In this document: piece after piece, positions 51,090 through 63,493 of the stretch
Position numbering within the stretch: position 1 is the first letter of the stretch
Layout of the letters: every line of letters begins with the position of its first letter
NCBI RefSeq assembly: GCF_021869535.1
Contig: NW_026262582.1
Coordinates: 38,378,001 to 38,442,000, forward strand
Source: Mytilus californianus
Taxonomy: Eukaryota
Length of the DNA stretch: 64,000 nucleotides
Direction: 5' to 3'
Position numbers and translations under genes: made by a program
Notes under the pieces: generated by a model
What the model saw: only the letters and a program-made list of their open reading frames with translations
Told to the model about the DNA's origin: nothing
Database searches by the model: none

Positions 51090-52384
51090 GGTTTTTAAAA
51101 TATTCTATTCATTGTAATGCCATCGCCGTGAGGCGAACGTGCATTAAGTATTCCGAAGAATGTCAACCCATAAGTCCCGTATATGGTTTCCGTTGCATAA
51201 CATGAGACTGTCTTGACATAATGATGCATTTTTAAATTTTTTTAGCCCTGTCCCCAATTTACTTCCTGTACGGATACTTTGAATATGCATTATACCGTGT
51301 AAACCTACACCTATTTCAAAGTTGTCTGGGATTCTATTAGATATTGGATACAAGCTTAAGCTTTATCAAGGTGATTCTAATCTTGAAAGCTCTTTTCAGA
51401 TCTATCAGCTTCATGTTTTCTGTTTACCGGTATTTTGAATTTCACAAGATACAGAGTTGACATACAATTTTCGTCAAAGGGCATCTGTGTTCTTTAGTAT
51501 GGACACACTATTTCTGTATATTAAAGTCTTACCAATTAGAGATAAATCATCATTTGAATTTCACACAATGTCCGTCAGTCCGTCCGACCTTACGTCCAGA
51601 TTATTTTTATTTTTGTATTTATGTAAACTTCCGCATCTCTATAATACAGGACATCGTATAGAATTACTTAACCAGTGGAAATATTTCGGAAGGACAAGCG
51701 GGTTCAGCTTAATTATGTCACTTTGAGCTATATTTTGGGGGCTTAAGGGGTGAATTGATTCAGTTTATGCATTAAGATCCAGGTTTTGGTTAATCATTTG
51801 CTTTTAGATCCATATATAGATAACAACGATACTTCTCAAGTGAATAAATATCGGTGAATCCAACAGAGTTCAGAATTAGTTGAGTCATTGTGACCTGGTT
51901 AAGTCTTTGCATTTAGATCCATATCTCAAAATCTACAAATCGTATATCAACTATACTTGGCCAGTTAGATCTTGGGTAGAAAAAGAGGGTTCAATCTTTA
52001 TTATGTCACTGCGGCCTACACTGCTATTTGATCAGTATACGTAGATATTATCTTGTATTACTAAGTGAGTTCAACTTGACATAAGGTCACTATGTCTCTT
52101 ATTTTCTACTTGAGCGACTTGATAATTTTTGCGTTTAGGTCTTTTTCTTTGATATTAGATATTGATATAGTATAGCAATGATATCTCACCAGTTTATTGA
52201 TCCTGGAAAGTACAAGAGAGTATTCATTTGTCTTTGTGTCCTTTATTTATGCTAATTGGTCAATCCATAAAAATGAAATATGACTTTTTTTGTTGACTTT
52301 GGGATCCAAAAAATAAAAAAAAATATGTAAACTTCTTTCCTAAGTCGTGATGAAGTAAATTAAAAATAAACAATTATGTTCCAG

Positions 52385-52521
52385 CTCTGAGTTTGCTGCA
52401 AAATGAAAATCTTCCCAAAATACTTTCGGGTGATCTAGTGGAATGGGTATTCAAAAGCAACAGCATGATGCCTTGTGTAAAAGACCTCCGCAAAGGACTA
52501 GATTCTGTGGGTGTTTTCCAG
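52385..52521 (+). pseudogene. HECT-like exon (LSLLQNENLP...CVKDLRKGLDSVGVFQ)
   Basis: Acceptor ttccag and donor CAG|gtaaag. Open frame; phase fits the previous exon (ATG G|CT). Confidence 0.7.
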
Positions 52522-52863
52522 GTAAAGGACAACATCAAAAGATCGATATAAGATAAAAAAAAAAAACTTAATTCACATAGGTTTTTTTTCATATACCCTC
52601 TACCCCCGAAAAAAATTATTATCTGGTTAAAAAAAATGTATCCTACCTATTTCTGCAACCAAAAAATCAATTGAGGATAACAAAAACTTTACCCCCTACC
52701 CCCAAACTATGTGAATTGAGTTTTTAATCGATCTTTAATTTGATGTTTTCCCTAGATACAAGTAAATAAGATAAATTGTCTACGATTATTTTTGGGAAAT
52801 ATGTTAATAAATGGAATACAATTCTGCTCATTTTAATGTTTATTCGAATACTTAATGGACTGA

Positions 52864-53462
52864 TTATGCCCCCGCTTCAAAAAATGGGAGTATAATGTTT
52901 GACCCCTGTCTGTTCGCCAGTCCGTCCGTCCGTCCGTCAGTCATTCAGTCAGTCCGTCCTATGAAACTTTTGTCGAATGTTTTCCCAGGAACTGTTTATC
53001 CTCATTTTCTAAAACTTTTAATCAAGGTTCCAATGAGCAAGCTATACTGTGTGATAAGTTTTCAGATTTATCACTCAAATAATCTCTGTTTACCGAACAC
53101 TTATATATTCTTACATAATAGCCAAGTAGAAAACTTTCGTCGCATTTTGCTCAGGAACTACATATAAAGGCTTTCTGAAACATTGCATCAAGGTTCGTGT
53201 GAGCAAGCTTTACTCTTTGATACAATTTCAAATTTATCACTTAACAATTTTCTGTTTACCGAAAACTTTTATATTCTTACACATAAATGTTGATAGCAAA
53301 GCAGTATTTTTTCGTCACATTTAACTACACATCAGGGCTTCCTGAAATTTGGAATCAAGAGGTATACCATGTGATATGTTTCCAGTGCCATCACTTAACA
53401 ACTTTCTGTTTACCCTATAGCGGAGGTATCATGAGTGAGCAGTAGCTCACAGATCCACTTGT
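52864..53462 (+). mobile_element. Complete HINE/pearl-like element in an intron
   Basis: 5' atgcccccgct and 3' agcggaggtat (53419-53429) sub-TIRs; (GTCC/GTCA)n microsatellite; about 150-bp core repeats; 3' hairpin gtgagc-agta-gctcac 53435-53450; T-rich flank. Confidence 0.85.
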
Positions 53463-53650
53463 TTTTTGTTGATAGCATTACATATATCATAGACTTATCA
53501 TGATATTTGAGAAGAATGGCATCACGACTTCACGACTTTTCATATGATTATTAAGATGAATATGCCATAAACTCTGAATGAAAATAAGAAAGACTGTGAG
53601 CAAATTTAAATCTTCACCAACTTATTATCGCCTTTTTAACTTTTTTGATT

Positions 53651-53700
53651 CGAGCGTCACTGATGAGTCTTTTTTAGACGAAACCCGCGTCTGGCGTACA
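53651..53700 (+). ncRNA. Hammerhead-like motif
   Basis: CTGATGA 53660-53666; perfect stem II gtct/agac; GAAA 53680-53683; stem III with one mismatch ending in GTA. Stem I is not evident. Confidence 0.45.
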
Positions 53701-54087
53701 ACATTTCAATCCTGTTATCTATGACGAGATTATTTACTTAATTTTCACACTATTTACTTCAAATCAGAAAGGAATACTGTCTTTCAGTTTCAGTACGCAC
53801 AAGATCTGATCAATTTGTATTGTTCGAATGAAATGTATAACATTAAATCTAGAGCATATATTATTTGAAACAAAACCAAAAGACATCGCGATGTTTTAAG
53901 AATGTATAGGAAAAAAGAAAATTTCACATGTAAATGACATGATTTTTTTCCAGATGGGTTAAATTCATGGGAAATTATGCTTCCTTTCAGGTCTGTGAAA
54001 TTTTCTGGCATGTATCATTTTGTTCAAAATCGAAATTTGGTTTATTATTCTCGAAAGTGTGAAGCATTGTTGTTTTTATTTTAATAG

Positions 54088-54344
54088 GTGGTCGAAGAGG
54101 AATGGTTGATCTGCGGTGTATTTTGAGGTTTGCAACGGGAACGGAGGAAGACCCATCACTTGGTTACAGTATCAACCCGTAGATTTATTTTGTTGAGGGA
54201 TCGTCTTTCATGCCAACTGCAAATACCTGCATGAGCAAAATGAACTTGACAATCCCCGATTCCCATGAAGTGTCAGTTGGTAAAGACTTCCTTTTCAATT
54301 TGTTTGACTATGCCTTAAGTAATACATACTTTGGTATGAAGTAA
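54088..54344 (+). pseudogene. Last exon of the SAM/HECT-like gene: HECT C-lobe with catalytic Cys
   Basis: Acceptor ttaatag. LRCILRFATGTEEDPSLG...P*I.F...MPTANTC...LFDYALSNTYFGMK*. Cys at 54228-54230; premature TAG 54180-54182. Confidence 0.8.
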
Positions 54345-54367
54345 GCTGGGATATGTTCAAAAGTTCA

Positions 54368-54872
54368 AATAAAATTGAGAATAGAAATGGGGAATGTTGT
54401 AAAAAGACAACAAACCGACCGAAGAGCAGAAAACAGCCGAAGGCCACCAATCGGTCATTAACACACAGAGAGAAAATCCCACACCCGGAGGCGGGCTTCA
54501 GCTGGCCCCTAAACAAAAATGTGTACTAGTTCAGTGAAAATGGACTTCATACTAAACTCCAAAACATATAAATGAACTAAAAGTAAAAAACATACAAGAC
54601 TAACAAAGGCCAGAGGCTCCTGGCTTGAGACAGGCGCAAAAATGCGGCGGGGTTAAACATGTTTTGTCAGATCTCAACCCTCCCCCTATATCTCTAGCCA
54701 ATGTAGAATAAACAAACACACAGCAAAACGCACAGTAAAACTCATTTTAAAAGAAGTTCGAATTCGAGTCCGATGTCAGAATAGGTAACAAAAGAAGCTA
54801 AGCAAAATGACAATGATACAGACATTAACAAAGGACTACTAGCAGTTACTGATATGCCAGCTCCAGACCTCA
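54368..54872 (-). mobile_element. Penelope-like 3' UTR fragment
   Basis: Collinear with 25013-25510. Confidence 0.85.
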
Positions 54873-55424
54873 ATTTGTTTTTGTGTTCACTATAACGCCT
54901 GAGAACAGGATATTGTATGATTGATATAATCTTTTGTTTTGTATATTTTCTGTTACTTCCAAATCTTTTACTATTAGATACCAAAATTTTATTTGTTTTA
55001 ATTACTAGTAAGCATCTCACTACTTTCTTTTGACAACAAATATGAATATGGGAAATCACTGTCGTATTTTCGTATTTTTTCCTACCAAATTGTTGGAAAT
55101 CTGGTTAATAAACGTAATATGCATATCATAGTACTTTACTGTTTTCCAAATGCTATATATGAGTAAGGGTAAAATTTTCATTATATTTTGTATAAGTATA
55201 TGGTAAATGTCCATTGCACACACAATGAAAGAACAGTTATTTTTTATCCATCAATTCTTATATGCTATAGAAATCATTCAAGGTAGATGCATTACTATAA
55301 CTAATGCATTTTCCTTACAGGATAATGTCAAATCACAAATGACTTTCTATCATTAATTTTGCCTTTTCGTATAAATGGATTCCATAGTTAGACGATTCCA
55401 TATCTTTAGGGCATTAAGATCTCG

Positions 55425-56220
55425 TTAGCAGGTATCAGACAAAGCAAAGTTAGGGGGAAACAAATATGGTCTATGATTAGCTTCTTGGCTAATATCTTCA
55501 TCTGGATTTGGAACGTCGAAATAATCAACTTGGTGTACTGGGTTATTTACAAAACCAGCAGTAAACAAACAAACCGGTAAAGTTAAGACGGTTCTTATTC
55601 TATGTTGGATCCAGGCAAACCGCCACATTTTTAAATTGTGGTTAATTCTGTTTATGTAAACATAATGGAGTGCATAAAGATGTGAGTCTTTGATGGGGTC
55701 AAGGGAACCAATGTCTTCGAGAAAATAAAACAGATCATAGAAGAATGAAAGAACTCCATTAAATCCATCGCGCCATAATCCCTCGATCCTTAGATTGTGT
55801 GTGCTTTTCCCAGTTATTATGCCAGAATTTGAAAGACCTATTGTTTCTGCCATATATTCTGCAATTTTATAATTTTTGGTCTGATCGAACTTTCAAGGGC
55901 GTGCCATATTCGTCAACACCGATACGGAAACATTGATAAACAGTCTCTGCTTTGTTGTTGTTGGTGCATTTCATAAAGACAACACAACGACTAAAATCTT
56001 CATTACCCCCAGCTATAATAAAGTTCCACCTCATAAGCTTGTGGTTCGTGTCTACATGCCATAAATGATTTGGTGTCTGTACACTTTACTCTCTTCTTTG
56101 GAGTTTATATTTTGTTCATCATGTATCCCACCACTATCGATTCTGTGTAGAGATTCCCTCAAACAAAATGAATAACAAAATAAAAACTATAGATGGATAT
56201 TGTATTCCATGACCCCCTTC
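55425..56220 (-). pseudogene. Degenerate IS3-like (IS3EU-type) DDE integrase/transposase
   Basis: RESLHRID...PNHLWHVDTNHKLMRW...FSR...NNKAETV..F...YGTP.KVRSD / ITGKSTHNLRIEGLWRD...FY.LFYFLE...LDP....HLYALHYVY. D at 56050-56052, D at 55879-55881 and E at 55782-55784 are all retained. Several stops and frameshifts. Confidence 0.8.
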
Positions 56221-57689
56221 AGTTTGTTTGATTCATAACCAACTTGCAAATTAGGACTTATTGTCAAACCTTAGCTTAAGTTACAGAAGGAGAAAGCAGA
56301 GGTTTCAACTTCCTGAAAGCCTCCGAGACTCTTAAAGACAATTTTGTTCTAAAGTTCACCATTGCAATCATGATGATCAGATTTAGTTTATTTTAAGCCT
56401 GTTTAAATCTAGTATGGCTATAAGAATAACTTAAGACAATCTTATTTACAGCAAAAAGATTTTTCGTAGGCGATAATGATGTCCCGCAAGGCACTTTCTT
56501 GGGTACAACTATCAAATGGTAAATAATATACTGAACAAATAAAGTTTAGCAACACATTTTTGACCACATTGAAATATTCCTTAAACATGTTAAATAAAAA
56601 AAAAAGTTTACAAATTAGTTGTTTGTTTAAGTGTCTTCCATAAACTTCCCTAATTTTGTCAATAAAATATAGAACGACCCATAGAAAAGCTTGAAAAAAC
56701 AACATTGTCCAATTTTTCATGGGGATTGTTTTTTTCGTTCCATAAGTAAGACCAAAACAACTTTTTGTAATCGTTAGTTGACCAGTTGTGCTTTCCCAGC
56801 AAGTTTTACAGTCAAGGTTTTTCAAAACATGAAAACCTTCACATTTATAACTAACCCCCCTTTTTCGCTGTTTGTTGTAGTGACCCAAATTTGTTCATTC
56901 TGAACATTAGAAACACAAAAGTCAACAAATGTAAAGTTAATGTGTACGTTAAGCAACATTCGTAATTTGAATTCACTTAACATTAAAAATATAATTTTCT
57001 AGAATATAAACAAAAAGAAATGTCCTTAATTTATACCTTAAATGTTACTCAACTTGTTTTGTTGAGTATAAAAAAGAAGATGTGGTTTGAATGCCAATGA
57101 GACAACTCCCCACAAGAGACCAAATGACACAGAAATTAACAACTATAGGTCACCGTACGGCCTTCAACAATGAGCAAAGGCCATACCGCACAGTCAGCAT
57201 AGTTCATCATGTTCATTTTCTGATGTTCATGCAGATGGTAAAAAATTAAAAAAGGTACACATGAGGGAGTTGTGATGGACGAGCATACCTTTTGTTTTTT
57301 CGACTTTAACCGGTTGCACAAATATTTTTTTCCAAATTACGCACCTATGTTTTTTTGTAAAACCATTTGGAGTAATCTAATTTTAATTTTTACAAAAACA
57401 GTCAAAAAGCTAGTCATCACTCTATATCAAAAACAGCTACAATTCATCTGAAAAGTTCAAAATGATACCAGCAATGATTTGTTACATTTCAGTTGAAAGG
57501 TTTTGAATGGGAGTTATTACATGTTTGTCAAAAATTACCTTGACCTTTGAAAATGCACCTTGTTATCATTCTACCTAAGAAAACTTGAAAGATATAAGTA
57601 GACAATAAACGGGGGAAAATACATGTACTCGTTCTTCAAAGCAATCAATATATTGACAGTTCTTTAAATGCGCTACTTTTGTTTAATAA

Positions 57690-58740
57690 AAAGATAGACA
57701 AAGAAAGACAGAAAAAAGTATAATGAGGCGTTTATTTACAAAGAATATTGAAAAAAAAATTGTCATAATCAAAACCATGAAAGATAAGTTAAACTCAAAT
57801 CGTACATAAGATAGGTATGGGATACGTGTTATTATACGTGATCTTATGTCAGTGAAAATAAAGGCGGGAATATGGAAAACCACGTGATAATATAATAATG
57901 CTAGATTTCTATCATTTTTCGTCATGATGAAATTATTTTATATGGAAGAAAATTTCAGTGTGTGATTTTAAAAGTCTAGGAATACTTTGTTTAAACTTGA
58001 GCGACGTATTTAATCAAATTTAATGGTTGGCAATAACCAGTCCCATTCGACTTACGTACGTATGTCACATAATATAATAAGAGTTTCCACATAACGCAAT
58101 AGGTGTTTGCACACAACGCAATAAGTGTTTGCACTAATGTAATAGGTGTTTGCACACTATGAAATGGGTGTTTGAAAATAGCGTACCGGTTGATTGACAT
58201 AACATATTGGTTGTTAACGGAAAGAATCAATTACTTGGCATAACGCTTATAAGCTACACCATGACATATAACATTGTTCACAGAAGATACATGTACATAT
58301 GAATAACACAACATAAAGCCATTTTAATATAATATCATGATGTTTTCATAGAACAACGATCTATTAAAACAAAACGTTAAGAATACTAAGTATTCACCAT
58401 AACAAACCCATTTAAGACAAGACGCAATTATTAACTGACATACTGTAAGGAAGAATAGACACAACAAAGCGAAAATGTGAAAGAACGTAGATGTGGTTGA
58501 TTATACAGTTTAGAGGTTTTTACAGAATATGCAGCAGTAACAACATAATGTAATGCATATTCCAAATAACAAAGAATAGCAATGACATATCATACAAATA
58601 TTAAGTAATTTGACATAACACAGAGATGCAGTATCAGGAAATTAAGGCACTTACACATTACATAAAGAAGAAATGACAGGACGTAAAGACAAAGCGACAA
58701 AACACATTAAATATCAACACTATTAGACAGTTACGGCGTT
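57690..58740. repeat. Right arm of the inverted duplication (partner 40080-41200)
   Basis: See left arm. Contains inverted 22-bp repeats at 58073-58160 and lacks the SINE fragment present at 40388-40464. Confidence 0.85.
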
Positions 58741-59179
58741 CCATAGTTCTTCACTTCTGTAAAGTAACTGTTTTGTTTATACATGTACTTTAGAAATTGG
58801 ACACATATATTAGCCCCTATATAAACACGTGACATGACTATCAAAGATATAATGTTTACATTGTACATTGAACTGCTTATCATATGGTTTTTAGATATTG
58901 AAATAGTTTTTGCACCACTAATAACATAAGGATACGGATAGATCATGGTTTCTAGTCATTGGTAAGTAGCAATACTATAATTTACATAGAGTGCTAGTTA
59001 TTTTTTTTTTATATGCAATGACATTTTATGTGAAATTTTGTCTATAGTACTGAACAGTATAAAATTTTACTTATGCCAATTGTTTCTATATTTGAAACAA
59101 AGATTAATTCTGCACAATTTTTAAAGGTCCAAATTCAACAAAGAATAATAGTAGAAAATCAATTGTGGTATTACACCTT

Positions 59180-59950
59180 TCCATGTGGCATTTAGACTAA
59201 TGACCGATGAAAGTGATCAAGTCTTCAATATAAAGAACTTACTTCCATTGGTCTATACAAAAAAAAATGCCAACAATAACAACTTCTTAGCTTTTAATGT
59301 GTTTTCTACATTTAGTCAATCGTTCATCATCAATTTCTTCGTCTGTTGTCCCAGCGAAACGTTTTAATGTTTTCTTCAACGCCCTGTTGTTTTTTTTTAT
59401 AAAGGGACGTAACACCACTAATAACCGTGTATTGATTTAAACCACGCCTTCTTATCCCGTATGAAATATACACGGTATTCCCGCTGTCGCTTTTAAAGAT
59501 ATTCCTAGAAATGTATACTAGGAGGTTAGATAATATCAGTTTCACAGTGCTACTGACATAATACGATACATATGTAATTTACTGACCCCATATATATCGT
59601 ACTAGGCCACTAACACACTGTGTAACGAATTTATCTTACCGACTATCTTAACATGCTGCATTTTGGAATAGTGGCCTATCAAAGTGATTAAGTCTTCAAT
59701 ATTAAAAACCTACTTATATTGGTCTATAAAAAATCATATGCCAACAATAACCACTTGTTAGCTTGTTAGCTTTAATATATTTTTTTGGCTTTATTTTCCT
59801 TTGTTCATCATCAATTTCAATATCTGTTGTTTTGTCGAAACGTTTCAGATGTTTCTTCAACGTCATGTTGTTTTTACAAAGAGACGTAACACTGCTACTA
59901 ACCCAATATAAAAAAACAACGCTCACTAACCCCATATCTAATGCACAGGG
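59180..59950. repeat. Degenerate tandem duplication (period about 480 bp)
   Basis: aagtcttcaatat...ttggtctata...atgccaacaataac...gttcatcatcaatttc...cttcaacg...gacgtaacac at about 59220-59420 and about 59690-59895. Confidence 0.8.
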
Positions 59951-60237
59951 TCTCCACGTGTGAGCTTTTAACCAATGGTATTCCTAGAAATGAATAGGAG
60001 TTAATATAAAGTAATTTGTCTGATGGTAAAAAGTAAGTTACCTTTCAATACAGCAACGATACAGCGCACGATACTCAATATTGTCATTATTTTTTCATGT
60101 TCAATTCTCGCCAAAAAGCGTGAAAATATGGGTCAACTATCCAAAGTTACCTTTGTATGTTGAGCCATTTTGTTTACCTACATTCACATTGTGAATTAAT
60201 TTTACACAATTTGGTGCTATACGAGGGGATCTATATA

Positions 60238-60703
60238 GGTGTTATACCACCATTGATTTTCCCCTATTAGTCTTTGTTAAATTTGCACTTTTCAAAAAAT
60301 TGTGCAGAACTTATCTTTGTTTTAAATAAAGAAATACTTGGCATGAGTAAAGTTTTATCCTCTCCAGTACTATAGAAAAAATTTCACTTAACATTTCATT
60401 GCATATAAAAAAATAACTATCACTGGAAGTTAACCAATCAAATGTTCCCCCTCTTTTAACCTGTGTACAAGCTTTAGTAACCATGTAACCTCAAGTTTTC
60501 AAAATATTCTACAGAAACCCCAAATAAAAAAATAATGGTGTTTTGAAATACCCAAGATATATGTTTATGACACAGAAATGTTTTACTGCAATGAAATGTA
60601 GGATCAATTACCTACAACTGTCAAATTCAAGGGAATATTTTTTTTTCGACCTATTTTCGTATGCAACCGGATGTGACGTACTATGATTTGGTGGTATTAC
60701 ACC
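60238..60703. mobile_element. TA-flanked MITE, copy A
   Basis: TIR ggtgttataccacca / tggtggtattacacc; TA on both sides. Confidence 0.85.
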
Positions 60704-61604
60704 TAAAGAAGACTTTTTTGTTAAATAAACTGAATGTGACTTTTTTCCTTTGCAATGCTGGTTATTTCAAGCATTCCTGTCAAGTTTTGTCATAATTAGT
60801 TCAATGGTTTGAGAAAAATCTAGTATAATGTAAGACGACATCTACAGCGATTCGAGCAAAATTTCTTCGAAAAGCCAAACCAAGCCGCATCTAATAGAAT
60901 ATAGTGTGGACCAATAAATGATCAAATATTTATCTCATCTGCCTACAAACAGTTGAATATGATACAAAAGATGACTTTAGGATGACAAATACTACTAATG
61001 GACCTCTTTGTCTTCCTTATAAGGTCTCTTTTGGTCCATTTATACCTTTCATTTTCTCAAAATTTCTACTTTTTAGGCCAATAAATAAATATTTTAGGGT
61101 AACATACACTCATTTATGATAGAAATGTTATAATAGATGATTAATTGAAGTATGCAAGCTGAATGAACTATCCGTATAAAAGTTTACTGTCTCCAAGGAG
61201 GTTTCGATAAGTCCTTACGTAAAACTTAAATTTACGTCGCGTTCCAGAGAGGGACATAAAAAGCTTCTATTTTGGTGAATAATTTGTTGTTACTGCTTTA
61301 AAAATAAAATCATTTGCCTAAAACTATATATTTATTGAAGTATTTCTTAGGAAAAATTTTCTAGTATAGCAGAATATAAGAAATAAGGAGAAAAAGCTCC
61401 CCAAAATTCTAAGTATGGCTTGTTCTGTCAACTAATATGCATGGTTAAGTCCTATTTCAAGGACATTTTCTCATAAAATGTGTTTTGGAGACTCAATCCA
61501 CTCAGAATATTTTATTATTTGTAATATTTCACTTAAATAGCAAGAAATTTTAACACATGAGAGTACTCACAAGGTCAAAGGTGCATGTACAGCTTCCCAT
61601 ATTA

Positions 61605-62078
61605 GGTGTAATACCACCATTGATTTTCCCCTATTAGTCTTTGTTAAATTTGCACTTTTCAAAAAAATGTGCAGAATTTATCTTTGTTTCAAATAAAGAA
61701 ATACTTGCCATGAGTAAAGTTTTATCCTGTCCAGTACTATAGAAAAAATTTCCCATAACATTATAACATTTCATTATATATAAGAAAATAACCATCACTG
61801 GAAGTTAACCAATCAAATTTTCCCCCTTTTTAACCTGTGTACAAGCTTAATTAGTAACCATGTAACCTCGCATTTTCAAAATATTCTATAAAAACCCCAA
61901 ATAAAAAATTATGGTGCTTTGAAATACCCAAGATATATGTTTATGACCCAGAAATGTTTTACTGCAATGAAATGTAGGATCAATTACCTACAACTGTCAA
62001 ATTCAAGGGAATATTTTTTTTCGATCTATTTTTGTATGCAACCGGATGTGACGTACTATGATTTGGTGGTATTACACC
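61605..62078. mobile_element. TA-flanked MITE, copy B
   Basis: Perfect 15-bp TIR ggtgtaataccacca / tggtggtattacacc; TA on both sides; near-identical to copy A. Confidence 0.9.
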
Positions 62079-63039
62079 TATAAGGACAACAAGTTTGTAT
62101 AATAACGAAATATTTTACAATTCTATGCATACTCCAGTGAGGACGAATCCTAATCAATATCCTTTAAAGCGGTCATCTGTCAATATTGACACTGGAGAGA
62201 GCATAACCTTTTGCTACGATATTAGCCACATATTGTATATCCGTTCCATACGTGCTCTGCAACACTCTATTTAATATATCCAACCATATAAGTAGTGTTA
62301 TAATAACAATCTGTACAAAACAGTTATGTCTGAAATCAGAATTTATTATTCTGTTTTCGAATTTGAAGTCAAATGGTGGCATCGGGGTGGGGTTGGGTGG
62401 GGATGGACTTGGGGTGACTTATTCCAACTACCTCCACCTTACTCACAATTCCCTCTGACCTAATCCTTCTTTCCTTCCCCTCACTCTAAGAGAAAAAACT
62501 TGTCTACAAAATATTCTAATCCCGCCTAAATCCCCTGACTCTCGCGTCCCGCCCCCTCATTCCTATGTTCCACTATCCCTGTCCACTCCAACATCTTTAA
62601 AACATAACTGCTTGTTTTAGAAGGGAGACACGTTTCCCCTATAATGATTTTTTTTTTTGTATCTAAACGGATATAGTCCCGAAGTCGGAGATGTTTTGCC
62701 ATCACCATCACAATACTATTTATATCACTATTCAATTAAACGGTTAAGTTTCGACTTGACCTTTCAAAGGTTAAGATTAAGATTGAAAGCATTTTGCGAA
62801 AATGTTGTTTCATGACAAAAGTCATTTTGTGAACACAAAGTTATCAGTATCGGGAGAAGTATACAAAACAAAGTTTACAGCTTCCACGTTAGCTCAAATG
62901 GAAACAACAAAATACCAGTCAAAAAAATAACTCAAGCTCTATCAATTCTGTTTTCAGTCATATGAAAGGTAGGCAAAAGACACTAAAGGGACTTTCAAAC
63001 TCAAAAAAGTCGAAAATAAGATGACAATGCCATCACAAA

Positions 63040-63493
63040 AAGAAAAAAAAAAAAAAAATCAAAAGACAAACAACAGTTCACAAAAGAAAATATAGGAAAC
63101 AACTTAAAAGACCTGGGGATGATCTCAGATGCCCCGGAAAGGTAAGAAGATCCTGCTCCACATGTTGCACATGTCGTTTGAATTTGAAGTGGGTAGTCGA
63201 TTAGTTATTCATATTTCGATATGTAATATCATACATGCAAAAGCCTCTGGCCTTTGTCAGTCTTGTATCATTTTAAATTTTAGTTTATTGTGTATAATTT
63301 GGAGTTTAGTATGACGTCCATTATCACTGAACTAGTATATATACATATTTGTTTAGGGGCCAACTGAAGGACGCCTCCGGGTGCGGGAGTTTCTCGCTGC
63401 GTTGAAGACCCATTGATGGACTTCGTCTGTTGTCTGCTCTATGGTCGGGTTGTTGTCTCTTTGACACATTCCCCATTTCCATTCTCAATTTTA
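63040..63493. mobile_element. Two Penelope-like UTR fragments (63040-63175 minus; 63243-63493 plus)
   Basis: The first matches 13260-13375 and 43700-43845. The second is the reverse complement of 25013-25270. Confidence 0.75.

Noticed and set aside
53470-54060. Search for the missing HECT exon
   Set aside because: No frame with the expected motifs was found; it may be deleted or too degenerate.
56442-56888. 148-aa minus-strand ORF upstream of the integrase
   Set aside because: No recognisable motif and low-complexity AT-rich codons. It cannot be supported as the transposase N-terminus.
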